DNA from: an uncultured bacterium
GTDB taxonomy: Bacteria; Verrucomicrobiota; Kiritimatiellia; RFP12; UBA1067
Direction: 5' to 3'
NCBI GenBank assembly: GCA_902761275.1
Contig: CACWJS010000018.1
Coordinates: 1-61,762, forward strand
DNA: 61,762 nucleotides
Made by a program: the position numbers and the translations under genes
Shown here: piece by piece, positions 26,939-35,497 of the stretch
Layout of the letters: every line of letters starts with the position of its first letter
Position numbering within the stretch: position 1 is the stretch's first letter
The notes under the pieces: generated by a model
The model's input: the letters and a program-made list of their open reading frames with translations, nothing else
The model's database searches: none
Told to the model about the DNA's origin: nothing

Positions 26939-27701
26939 CAGGGATCCATTTGGAGAGCTCAAGCCGCATCGCGCGCTACCGTCTGGGCTGAAGCAGAGGT
27001 TTCCCGACCGCGTGCTTGTCATGACGACGGATCGCTGTTTCGGTGCTTGCCCGCACTGCACGCGAAAGTTCATTCTCGGAAAGTCTTCTGTCGTCGACTC
27101 CCCCGAACGCCTCGATGCCTGCGTCGACTACGTGAAGCGCCATCCGAAAGTGCGCGACGTGCTTCTTTCCGGCGGTGACGTCCTTACGCTGTCCGATGCG
27201 AAGGTGGCGAAGTTCGTCGAGCCATTTGCGAAGCTCGACCAGATAGAAGTCATTCGAATATGCACGCGTGCGCCGGTGTCGAAGCCTGCGCGGATTACTG
27301 CGCATCTCGCGCGGCTCTTGCGCCGCGTTGGGCGCGGCAAGGTTTGGGCGAATGTCCACATCAATACGGCAGATGAGGCGCGGCTTGCGTGCGACGCGGC
27401 GGCGCGGCTCATTGACTGCGGCATTCCTGTCTCGTCGCAGACGGTGCTTCTTCGCGGGCTAAACGACACGCCGCGCAAGATGCTGTCTCTTCTCCGCGCG
27501 CTTTCCGCCGCGAGGATCCGACCCTACTACGTCTTTCAGTGCGATCCCGTCGAGGGACTTCAGGAGCGCTTCGGCGTTCCGCTCGCCCGCGCGAAGAAGA
27601 TCGAGGCGTACTGCGCCGAGCGCATTGGCGGCCTCGCGCTCCCTCGCTTCGTCGCCGACCTTCCCGCCGCCAAGCGCAAAACCCCCCTCGACCTCCTCTA
27701 A
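26931..27701 (+). CDS. KamA-family (lysine 2,3-aminomutase-like) radical SAM protein, short form
   Basis: FPDRVLVMTTDRCFGACPHCTRK carries the CxxxCxxC motif. Other matches are VRDVLLSGGDVLTL, SQTVLLRGLNDT and IRPYYVFQCDPVEGL. At 256 aa, the Cys triad starts at residue 36. It overlaps the upstream gene by 8 nt. Confidence 0.75.
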   Translation: MNSRDPFGELKPHRALPSGLKQRFPDRVLVMTTDRCFGACPHCTRKFILGKSSVVDSPERLDACVDYVKRHPKVRDVLLSGGDVLTLSDAKVAKFVEPFAKLDQIEVIRICTRAPVSKPARITAHLARLLRRVGRGKVWANVHINTADEARLACDAAARLIDCGIPVSSQTVLLRGLNDTPRKMLSLLRALSAARIRPYYVFQCDPVEGLQERFGVPLARAKKIEAYCAERIGGLALPRFVADLPAAKRKTPLDLL

Positions 27702-27724
27702 CCACCGTATCGCCCGCAGTATGA

Positions 27725-27730
27725 TATAAT
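27725..27730 (+). promoter_or_regulatory. -10 box (TGATATAAT), 8 nt upstream of the parC-like ATG
   Basis: The sequence reads gtaTGATATAATatcccgcaATG, with no Shine-Dalgarno sequence. Confidence 0.45.
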
Positions 27731-27738
27731 ATCCCGCA

Positions 27739-29943
27739 ATGAAAAAGGGGAAAGACAACAACCAGGAGAATCTTCCGCCGAGCCTGTTCGACAACCTCGA
27801 CATCTTCGCGCCCGCTCCCGCGGAGCCGCCGAAGAGCGAGGGAAAGAAGCAGAAGGGCGCGGCGCCTGCTCCTTCGCGGCCAAAGCCGGGGCTCACCGGT
27901 CTCGGGCCGATGCAGCAGCTTTACGACTTCAACTTCCGCCAGTATTCGGCGTACGTCATCTGCTCTCGCGCGATTCCAGCGGTCGAGGACGGCCTTAAGC
28001 CAGTCCAGCGCCGCATCATGCACGCGCTCTACGAGCAGGACGACGGTCGTTACACCAAGGTCGCCAACATCGTCGGCCAGACGATGCAGTACCACCCGCA
28101 CGGCGACGCTTCCATCGGCGACGCAATCGTAGTCCTCGCCAACAAGCTGTGGGGCAAGGGCAAGGGATATCTCATCGACGGACAGGGAAACTTCGGTTCG
28201 CTCCTGACTGGCATGCCGCACGCCGCGGTCCGCTACATCGAGTGCCGCCTGACCGAACTCGCGAAGAAGGAAGTCTTCAACCGCAAGACCACCACCTACG
28301 TTCCCAACTACGACGGACGCAAGGAAGAGCCAGTCTACCTTCCAGCGAAAATTCCTCTGCTCCTGATGATGGGCGCAGACGGCATCGCGGTCGGCCTCTC
28401 GACGGCGATCCTTCCGCACAACTTCATCGAGCTTCTCGAAGCCGAAATCGCGCTCATCCAGAAAAAGCCGTTCCAGCTCTACCCCGACTTCCAGCTCGGC
28501 GGCCTTATGGACGTGAGCGAGTACCAGGACGGCCTCGGCAAGGTCAAGGTCCGCGCGAAGATCGAGAAGGACGGCAAGAACAAGCTCGTCATCACCGAGC
28601 TTCCGTGGGGCGAGACTACCGACTCGCTCGCCGAGTCGATCGAGGATGCGATCAAGAAGAAAAAAGTTCCCGTCCGCAAGCTCCACGACCTCACGAGCGA
28701 CACGGTTAGGATCGAGCTTGAGCTCCAGTCCGGCGAGAGCCAGGAGAAGGCGATAGTCGCGCTCTATGCGTTCACGAACTGCGAGAAGTCGATCTCGTCG
28801 CGTCCAGTCGTCCTCGATGGCGGCCGTCCTCGACTCATGAGCGTGACGGAGATTTTGCGGAAGAACGTCGACCGCCTGATGGAACTCACGAAGCGCGAAC
28901 AGGAGATTCGCCTCGGCGAGCTCGACGACCTCTTCCACGCGCGCACGCTCGACCGCATCTTCATCGAGGAGCGCATCTACAAGCGCATCGAGCAGGAGAA
29001 GACGATGGAGGGCGTGAGGAACGCCGTAAGGACCGGCTTCGTCCCGCACATGAAGGAACTTCGCCGCAAGGTGATAACAGACGACGACATAGAGCGTCTC
29101 CTCAAGCTCCAGATCCGCCGCATCTCGCAGTTCGACATCAACAAGAACCGCGAGGAGATCGAGGCGATCGAGAAGGAGGAGCGCGAGGTCAAGGACAACC
29201 TCGTCCATCTCCGCGCATTCGTCGTGAAGTACCTGAAGGGTCTCGTCAAGCAGTACGCGAAGAGCTACCCGCGCTGCACGAAGGTCGAATCTGGCGCATT
29301 CAAGGAAGTCGACGTCCGCGCGATCACGGCGAGCGAGCTCACGATCAAGTGGGACAAGGAGAACAACTACGTCGGTTCTGGGCTAAGGAACGGCGACGAA
29401 CTTTTCAAGTGCTCATCGCTCGACGAGCTCATCCTCGTATGGAAGAGCGGTCGTTTCCGCAAGATGCAGCCCGAGGACAAGATCTTCGTCGACAAGGACC
29501 TTCTCGCCGTCATGCGCTACAACCAGGAGAAGGACCGCGACTCGCTCGACTTCACCTGCGTGTACGAAGAGGGTTCTTACGGCTTCAGCTACATCAAGCG
29601 CTTCCGCTTCGGTGGGCTTATCCGCAACAAGGACTACTTCCTCGCGCCGGAGAAGCCGAAGTCGAAGATACTACTTCTCCAGCGCGGCTGTCCCGAGACG
29701 CTTTACGTCAAGTACAAACCCGCGAAGGGCCAGAAGATCCACCAGCAGCACTTCCTGCCACTCGAACTCGTTGACCGCGTGAACCGCGAGACTGGCAAGA
29801 CCGAGAAGCAGGAGGTCGTGCCGATCCGCTCCGCCACAGCGAAGGGCAAGCAACTTACTACAAAGCCCATCGCCCGTGTCTCCGGCGCGAAGGGCTCGTG
29901 GTGGGACGATTCCGAACCGCCGTCGAAAGGCGTCCTCGACTGA
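27739..29943 (+). CDS. parC: type IIA topoisomerase subunit A (topoisomerase IV ParC-like)
   Basis: GLKPVQRRIMHAL, VGQTMQYHPHGDASIGDAIV and AAVRYIECRLTE (catalytic Tyr) are present. At 734 aa and with no GyrA-box seen, ParC is favoured over GyrA. Confidence 0.75.
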   Translation: MKKGKDNNQENLPPSLFDNLDIFAPAPAEPPKSEGKKQKGAAPAPSRPKPGLTGLGPMQQLYDFNFRQYSAYVICSRAIPAVEDGLKPVQRRIMHALYEQDDGRYTKVANIVGQTMQYHPHGDASIGDAIVVLANKLWGKGKGYLIDGQGNFGSLLTGMPHAAVRYIECRLTELAKKEVFNRKTTTYVPNYDGRKEEPVYLPAKIPLLLMMGADGIAVGLSTAILPHNFIELLEAEIALIQKKPFQLYPDFQLGGLMDVSEYQDGLGKVKVRAKIEKDGKNKLVITELPWGETTDSLAESIEDAIKKKKVPVRKLHDLTSDTVRIELELQSGESQEKAIVALYAFTNCEKSISSRPVVLDGGRPRLMSVTEILRKNVDRLMELTKREQEIRLGELDDLFHARTLDRIFIEERIYKRIEQEKTMEGVRNAVRTGFVPHMKELRRKVITDDDIERLLKLQIRRISQFDINKNREEIEAIEKEEREVKDNLVHLRAFVVKYLKGLVKQYAKSYPRCTKVESGAFKEVDVRAITASELTIKWDKENNYVGSGLRNGDELFKCSSLDELILVWKSGRFRKMQPEDKIFVDKDLLAVMRYNQEKDRDSLDFTCVYEEGSYGFSYIKRFRFGGLIRNKDYFLAPEKPKSKILLLQRGCPETLYVKYKPAKGQKIHQQHFLPLELVDRVNRETGKTEKQEVVPIRSATAKGKQLTTKPIARVSGAKGSWWDDSEPPSKGVLD

Positions 29944-30374
29944 TTGCGCCTTGAATTGCTCCGCAGTTTGCGCGTCTTCGGCGGGGTGTTTCCGCTCTTT
30001 GTTTTGAATCGCCGCGCCGCCCGATGGCTCGCGGGGCTCTCGTTCGGCTCCAGGCTCGCGACGGCTTTCGCACATCAGACAATGCTCCGAGTTTAGCCTG
30101 CCGTGCCTCGGCGTCTATCTCTGGTTGCGTACGCAAGTCCCTCTCACGCCTGCGACCTTCCGCCTGCCTCACCCGCGACCATCGGCTCGTCGCGGCGACA
30201 GCCTTGCGGCAAAAATACCTGTCGCCGAAACGCGCCACACCGCGGACGCGCTTTAACACTATCTGACCCTAATTGACGATAGCTGTCACTAATCCATACT
30301 TGAATGCTTCGCTGCCACTTGGCGGCAGTTTCGCTGCGATCCAAAATTTTCACCGTTCACCCCCGAGCGGTTTT

Positions 30375-30383
30375 TGGTATAAT
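30375..30383 (+). promoter_or_regulatory. extended -10 promoter TGGTATAAT inside the 888-bp non-coding gap
   Basis: cggttttTGGTATAATgtttgcg has the same T-tract plus TGGTATAAT context as at 22195. It lies about 450 nt upstream of the next ATG. Confidence 0.4.
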
Positions 30384-30384
30384 G

Positions 30385-30650
30385 TTTGCGTTCCAAGGGA
30401 AACATCCTGCGGAGCGTGATCTTTGACATCGGCTGGGAAGTATCAATCCCAGCCATCGGGCCGAAGCTTTGGTAGGGGCGGCACTCCGTGCCGACCGCTC
30501 TCAAGGCCAAGGCCAAAACCTCGCAAGGAAACGCGGCAAAAGTGCCGCGTTCCAACCCGAGGAGCTGCGGAAACGCACCCTACGCCCGCAGTGCGTACGC
30601 AATCTTGCGTATTTGGCTTTGATTGGAAACCGCCAAATCTTCAATGAATA
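30385..30650 (+). ncRNA. candidate structured RNA or long 5' leader (unclassified)
   Basis: Several perfect hairpins lie downstream of the promoter-like box. They are GGCTGGGA-8nt-TCCCAGCC (30431-30454), CGGCAC-tcc-GTGCCG (30479-30493), ACGCGGCA-aaag-TGCCGCGT (30531-30550) and CTGCGG-15nt-CCGCAG (30565-30591). I could not match any known RNA family by eye. Confidence 0.2.
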
Positions 30651-30831
30651 AAGCCGGATATGTGAGATGCGCTGCGCGGCAATCCGCGTGGCGTGTCTTC
30701 TGTTCGTGTTTTATTCAGGGCGCTTGGCGGTGCCTCAATCAAGACATGGATTTAAGGTGCGCCACGTTTTCTTTTCCGCGCAGCGTGGTTATCCTTGACA
30801 ATGGGAATGCGCGGAAGAAGGAAAAGACGAG

Positions 30832-33800
30832 ATGAAAAGGTTGATATTGCTGATGGTAATGGGTCTTGTGGTTGCTTTGCCTCTTATTGCTGGCACGGAA
30901 ACGGTCGATGGAATTGAATGGACATATACCGTATTAAATGGTGAAGTTATGCTTGGAGGAAGCTACGCTGCAGCCACAGCCGTTCCAACATCTACGGCTG
31001 GGGAGTTGATGATACCATCCTTTCTCGGTGGTTATCCTGTGACGAGCATCAGGGCTCGTGCGTTCGATGGTTGCAGCGGGTTGACGAGTGTGGTAATACC
31101 AGATAGCGTGGCGAGCATCGGAGATTCTGCGTTTTCCCGGTGCAGCGGGTTGACGAACATGACTATGGGTGTCGGCGTGACGAGCATCGGGAAGTATGCG
31201 TTCCGTGATTGTAGGAGTCTAACGAGCGTGACGATCCCCGCCAGTGTGACGAACATCGGTGAGTGCGCGTTCCAAAGGTGTGGCAGGATTGAAGCCGTAT
31301 ACATAACCGACATAGACAAATGGTGCGGGATAACTTTTGGCGATATCGACGCAAACCCCCTTTACTACGCATACAATCTCTACCTAAATGGGTCAAAGAT
31401 AGCAGGAGATTTAACGATCCCTGACGGCGTGACGGCTATTTGCCCTGCCTTGTTCTATGGTTGCAGCGATCTGACGAGCGTGACAATTCCAAATAGCGTG
31501 ACGGGCATAGGAGAGGATGCGTTCTGCAACTGCAGCGGGCTGACGAGCATAACGATTCCCGGAAGTGTAACGAACATTGCGGTGAGTGCGTTCGCCAACT
31601 GCACCAACCTTACAAGCGTTTCAATTGGTGATGGCGCATTGAGCATAGGGGATTCTGCGTTTTCTGGCTGCAGCGGGCTGACGAGCGTGACGATCCCCGG
31701 CAGCGTGACGAACATCGGAGAGAACGCGTTCTATGGTTGTAGCGGAATGTTGTTATTTATCGTAGATGATGCCAATCTTAAATATGCATCCGTGAATGGG
31801 TTGTTGCTATCTAAAGACAGAAAGAATCTAATTCAAGGAGTAAATGGTAATGTAACAATCCCTGATGGTGTGACAAGCATAGGGCGCGATGCGTTCTATA
31901 ATTGCAGGGGTCTTACATGTGTTCAGATCCCTGCCAGTGTGACGAACATCGGTGATAAGGCGTTCAACGGTTGTAGAGGGCTAACTAGCGTAACTATTCC
32001 GAACAGCGTGACGAGCATTGGGAACCGCGCGTTCAACGGTTGCAGAGGGCTGACCAATGTGTCGATTCCGCAATGTGTTTGCACTAATCGGCTGCGGACT
32101 GTTTTTGAATCGTCCTATCAGTCAATTACGAATGTCGTAATCTTAGATGGTGTTACAAGCATCGGGGATGGGGCGTTCTCCGGCTGCAGCAATCTGAAGA
32201 GCATAATAATTCCAGATAGTGTGTCAAGCATAAGGCAAAGCGCATTCTCCGATTGCAGAGCGTTGACGAGCGCATCGATCCCGCAATGTGTTTGCACTAA
32301 TCGTCTGTCGTCCGTTTTTCCATCCTATCAGTCAATTACGAATATTGTTGTTTCGGATGGCGTTACGAGCATGGGAGATTCGGTGTTTGATGGTTGTAGT
32401 AGCTTGGGGAGTGTGATAATCCCCGGCTCCGTGACGGCCATGCAAGGTATCAGTACTAATCGGTTGTCATCTATATTTCCTTCGTTTTATCAGTTGATTA
32501 CAAGTGTTGTCATTCCAGATGGTGTGACGGATATCGTTGATGGGGCATTTGGTGGCTGCAGTCGCTTGGCGAATGTGACAATACCGGACAGTGTGACGTG
32601 CATCGGGAGCAGTGCGTTCGCCAATTGCACAAGCCTTACGAGCGTGACAATACCGGACAGCGTGACGAGTATCGGTGATGGGGCGTTTAAGGGGTGTCGA
32701 GGGCTTGTCGATAAAGATGGGTTTATTGTCGTTAAGAATGTTCTGTATGGATATTTTGGTGAGGCGCAAAGTGTGACCATCCCCAACAAAGTGACGGATA
32801 TTAGTGACGAAGCATTTTACGGCTGCAGCGGCCTGACGAGCGTGACGATACCTAACAGCGTGACGAGCATAGGGGATGGTGCATTCGAGTACTGCAGCGG
32901 CCTGACGAGCGTGATGATACCTAACAGCGTGACTACAATCGGGTCTTCTGCGTTCTACCGATGCGGCGGGCTGACGAGCGTGACGATCCCAGACAGCGTG
33001 ACGAGCATAGGGGATGGTGCATTCGGGTACTGCAGCGGCCTGACGAGCGTAACTATCCCCAATAGCGTGTTAAACGTCGGGTATTCTGCGTTCTATGAGT
33101 GTGAAAACTTGACGAGCATGACAATCCCGCAATGTATCTGTGAAAACCATGGTAGTGTTCACAACTTTTTTGACCCGATATCGCAGATTACGAATATTGT
33201 TGTTGCAGATGGCGTAACGAGCATAGGACCATATTTATTCGGTTACTGTCCGGGGCTGACAAGTGTGACGATCCCAGGTAGCGTTACAAATATTGATGCC
33301 TATGCATTTGAGGGTTGCAGCTCGCTTGCAAATGTGCACATCTCGCATTGTGCCTGCACCATTCCGTTGTCGGGAATTTGCCCTTCATCTATCTGTGATA
33401 TGATTACGAGCGTAGATATTTTGGATGGAGTTACGAATATTATTGTAGGAATGTTTCGCCGCTGTGGCGGGTTGACAAGCGTGTCGATCCCTGCCAGTGT
33501 GACGAGCATAGAGGGAACGGCATTTTTTAGGTGTACAAACTTGACAAGCGTGGTGTTTGCGGGAAATGCGCCAGCAGTTGCCAGAAATTCTTTTTCTGGC
33601 TTGCAGGGATGCGTCGCTTCAGTGTCGCCAAAGTCTACGGGGTGGGGCGTCAATGTCGGCGAGAAGTGGAATGGACTAACGTTGCAGTATTGGCCGGAGG
33701 TGTTGACTGCAGCGGCGAGTGATGCAGAGGTTAGCGAAATAATGTTGACATTTACTGATGCGTCCATTGTGGGTGCAGTGACGAATGTGGCTGAATACGA

Positions 33801-34200
33801 GGCATTCAGAGCTTGGGTCGACGACAAGAACCTATGTCAACCGTCAGTAGTCGCGTCGCCATATGTGGCGGCGGCGTATTTGCTGGGCGCGGAGCGGTTG
33901 TTTGAGAACGAGCCGACGGTCGAGATTGGAGAGTTGTCGATTGGCGAGGGCGAGATTGCTGGCACTACGGCGATGACTGTCGCGGTGACAGTAAAAGACG
34001 GCGAGAGTGTAGTCACGGTTGATGCCGATAAGGTCAAGGCGATGTTCGAGGCGACAAACGATCTTGGCGACTGGACTGGCGCAGCGAAACTGATGCCAAT
34101 GGTGACAACCTCTGGCACCGACGCAAGCGGCAAGATGACTTTTGTTGTCACTCCGGGCGACGGAACGGCGAGCCGCGCGTTTTTTAGAATAAGACGATAG
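30832..34200 (+). CDS. secreted BspA-type leucine-rich-repeat (LRR_5-like) surface protein
   Basis: Signal peptide MKRLILLMVMGLVVALPLIAG. There are more than 25 units of about 23 aa of the type IP.SVTSIGD.AF..CSGLTSVTIP. G+C is visibly lower than in the flanking genes. Confidence 0.85.
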   Translation: MKRLILLMVMGLVVALPLIAGTETVDGIEWTYTVLNGEVMLGGSYAAATAVPTSTAGELMIPSFLGGYPVTSIRARAFDGCSGLTSVVIPDSVASIGDSAFSRCSGLTNMTMGVGVTSIGKYAFRDCRSLTSVTIPASVTNIGECAFQRCGRIEAVYITDIDKWCGITFGDIDANPLYYAYNLYLNGSKIAGDLTIPDGVTAICPALFYGCSDLTSVTIPNSVTGIGEDAFCNCSGLTSITIPGSVTNIAVSAFANCTNLTSVSIGDGALSIGDSAFSGCSGLTSVTIPGSVTNIGENAFYGCSGMLLFIVDDANLKYASVNGLLLSKDRKNLIQGVNGNVTIPDGVTSIGRDAFYNCRGLTCVQIPASVTNIGDKAFNGCRGLTSVTIPNSVTSIGNRAFNGCRGLTNVSIPQCVCTNRLRTVFESSYQSITNVVILDGVTSIGDGAFSGCSNLKSIIIPDSVSSIRQSAFSDCRALTSASIPQCVCTNRLSSVFPSYQSITNIVVSDGVTSMGDSVFDGCSSLGSVIIPGSVTAMQGISTNRLSSIFPSFYQLITSVVIPDGVTDIVDGAFGGCSRLANVTIPDSVTCIGSSAFANCTSLTSVTIPDSVTSIGDGAFKGCRGLVDKDGFIVVKNVLYGYFGEAQSVTIPNKVTDISDEAFYGCSGLTSVTIPNSVTSIGDGAFEYCSGLTSVMIPNSVTTIGSSAFYRCGGLTSVTIPDSVTSIGDGAFGYCSGLTSVTIPNSVLNVGYSAFYECENLTSMTIPQCICENHGSVHNFFDPISQITNIVVADGVTSIGPYLFGYCPGLTSVTIPGSVTNIDAYAFEGCSSLANVHISHCACTIPLSGICPSSICDMITSVDILDGVTNIIVGMFRRCGGLTSVSIPASVTSIEGTAFFRCTNLTSVVFAGNAPAVARNSFSGLQGCVASVSPKSTGWGVNVGEKWNGLTLQYWPEVLTAAASDAEVSEIMLTFTDASIVGAVTNVAEYEAFRAWVDDKNLCQPSVVASPYVAAAYLLGAERLFENEPTVEIGELSIGEGEIAGTTAMTVAVTVKDGESVVTVDADKVKAMFEATNDLGDWTGAAKLMPMVTTSGTDASGKMTFVVTPGDGTASRAFFRIRR

Positions 34201-34272
34201 CACCGCCAGGATGGTGGCTTTTCTAGTCAGAAAAGGCAAACCGGCACAGGGCATCAACAAGGTAGCTAAAAA

Positions 34273-35403
34273 TTAGACCTTCTCCCAGCGGTTGCCGTTC
34301 TTGTTCGAACGGAGCGCCGCTTCGACGAAGCGCATAGTCCTCACGCCCTCATGGGCGCCGGGGAAGTCGTGGGCCTTGCGGTCGCGCACGGCCGCGCAGA
34401 ACTCGCGGTAGATGTTCGCGAAGCCCTCGATGAAGCCCTCGTGGTGCCCCGCCGGTATGCGCGAGAGCGCCTTGCTCGCAGGCGAGAGCTCGCCGATGTA
34501 CGGGGCGTTCCTCTTGTAGATGCGCTCTGGCGCGAAGGGATATTTCACCGAGAGGTAGTTGTTTTCCTCCTGGTTCCAGTATAGCGACGCCTTGTCGCCG
34601 TAGACCCTGAGGCGCACTCCGTTCTCTTCGCCAGTCGCAACCTTCGAGACGGTGAACATTGCCTTTGGCTGAGAAGACTTTGAGCGTGCGCCCGAGCGAG
34701 TGAGCGAAGCGGAACGAACGCCGGCGGGCGCACCCAGCCGCAGCAGCATCGACGCGTCGTCGTCGAGACGGTTCCCCGGTGCGAAGGACGAGAGATCCGC
34801 GAGAACCTCCTTGACCTCGAGTCCCGTCACATGCTCAATCAAGTGGAAGCCGTGGACGCCAATATCCGCGACGACGCAGCTCGGTCCCGCCTTCTTGGGA
34901 TCCATCTTCCAGGCATTGCGCTTGTCGAGCGGCTTCGAGAAGTCGATTTTCCTGAACGAGCCCTGGCTGTACTCCAAGACGACCTTGTCGATCTTCCCGA
35001 GCTCGCCCCTCTTGATCAGGTCGCGCGCGAGCTTTACCATCGGGAAGCCCGAGTAGGTGAAGGGGATTCCGAGGACGCGGCGTTTCCGCCGCGCGAGCCG
35101 TTCAAGTTCCGTCGCCTCTTTGAGCGTGAGCGAGAGGGGCTTTTCGCAGAGGACGTCCATTCCCGCCTCAAGCGCGGCCTTGGTGATTTCGTAGTGCGAG
35201 CTATTTGGCGTGCAGACGGCGAGGAAGTCGATCTTTCCCTTGCACCGCTCAATCAGGTCGTGCCAGTCGTCGGTATGCGAATAGCACCCGTCGACGAGGT
35301 CAGCGAGGTCGTCCATCCTTATCGCCATGCGGTGGATCGGGCCGATGAACGATCCCTTCCCCCCGCCTACCATGGCGTATTTCAGCCGTTTTTCTTCGTT
35401 CAT
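34273..35403 (-). CDS. Gfo/Idh/MocA-family NAD(P)-dependent oxidoreductase
   Basis: The sequence has KYAMVGGGKGSFIG and FLAVCTPNSSHYEITKAALEAGMDVLCEKPL. The start is placed at ATG 35403 (MNEEKRL), 7 nt downstream of TGGTATAAT, rather than at the ORF-track start of 35430. Confidence 0.8.
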   Translation of the reverse strand: MNEEKRLKYAMVGGGKGSFIGPIHRMAIRMDDLADLVDGCYSHTDDWHDLIERCKGKIDFLAVCTPNSSHYEITKAALEAGMDVLCEKPLSLTLKEATELERLARRKRRVLGIPFTYSGFPMVKLARDLIKRGELGKIDKVVLEYSQGSFRKIDFSKPLDKRNAWKMDPKKAGPSCVVADIGVHGFHLIEHVTGLEVKEVLADLSSFAPGNRLDDDASMLLRLGAPAGVRSASLTRSGARSKSSQPKAMFTVSKVATGEENGVRLRVYGDKASLYWNQEENNYLSVKYPFAPERIYKRNAPYIGELSPASKALSRIPAGHHEGFIEGFANIYREFCAAVRDRKAHDFPGAHEGVRTMRFVEAALRSNKNGNRWEKV

Positions 35404-35410
35404 GATTGCG

Positions 35411-35419
35411 ATTATACCA
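35411..35419 (-). promoter_or_regulatory. extended -10 promoter TGGTATAAT (minus strand), 7 nt from the ATG
   Basis: The minus strand reads aaaaaTGGTATAATcgcaatcATG. Confidence 0.5.
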
Positions 35420-35497
35420 TTTTTCCCCACATGCCGGCGCTAAAATATGGTAAAATACCCAGAAATTGTTTTTACTAACAGGGAGATATACCATATA

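Noticed and set aside
30623-30835. 70-aa Cys-rich small ORF (ATG at 30644) ending in an ATGA overlap with the LRR gene start. Also a 69-aa minus-strand ORF at 30144-30353.
   Set aside because: There is no Shine-Dalgarno sequence or promoter context and no recognisable motif, and the composition is partly Arg-rich. A coupled upstream ORF cannot be excluded, but the sequence alone does not support it.
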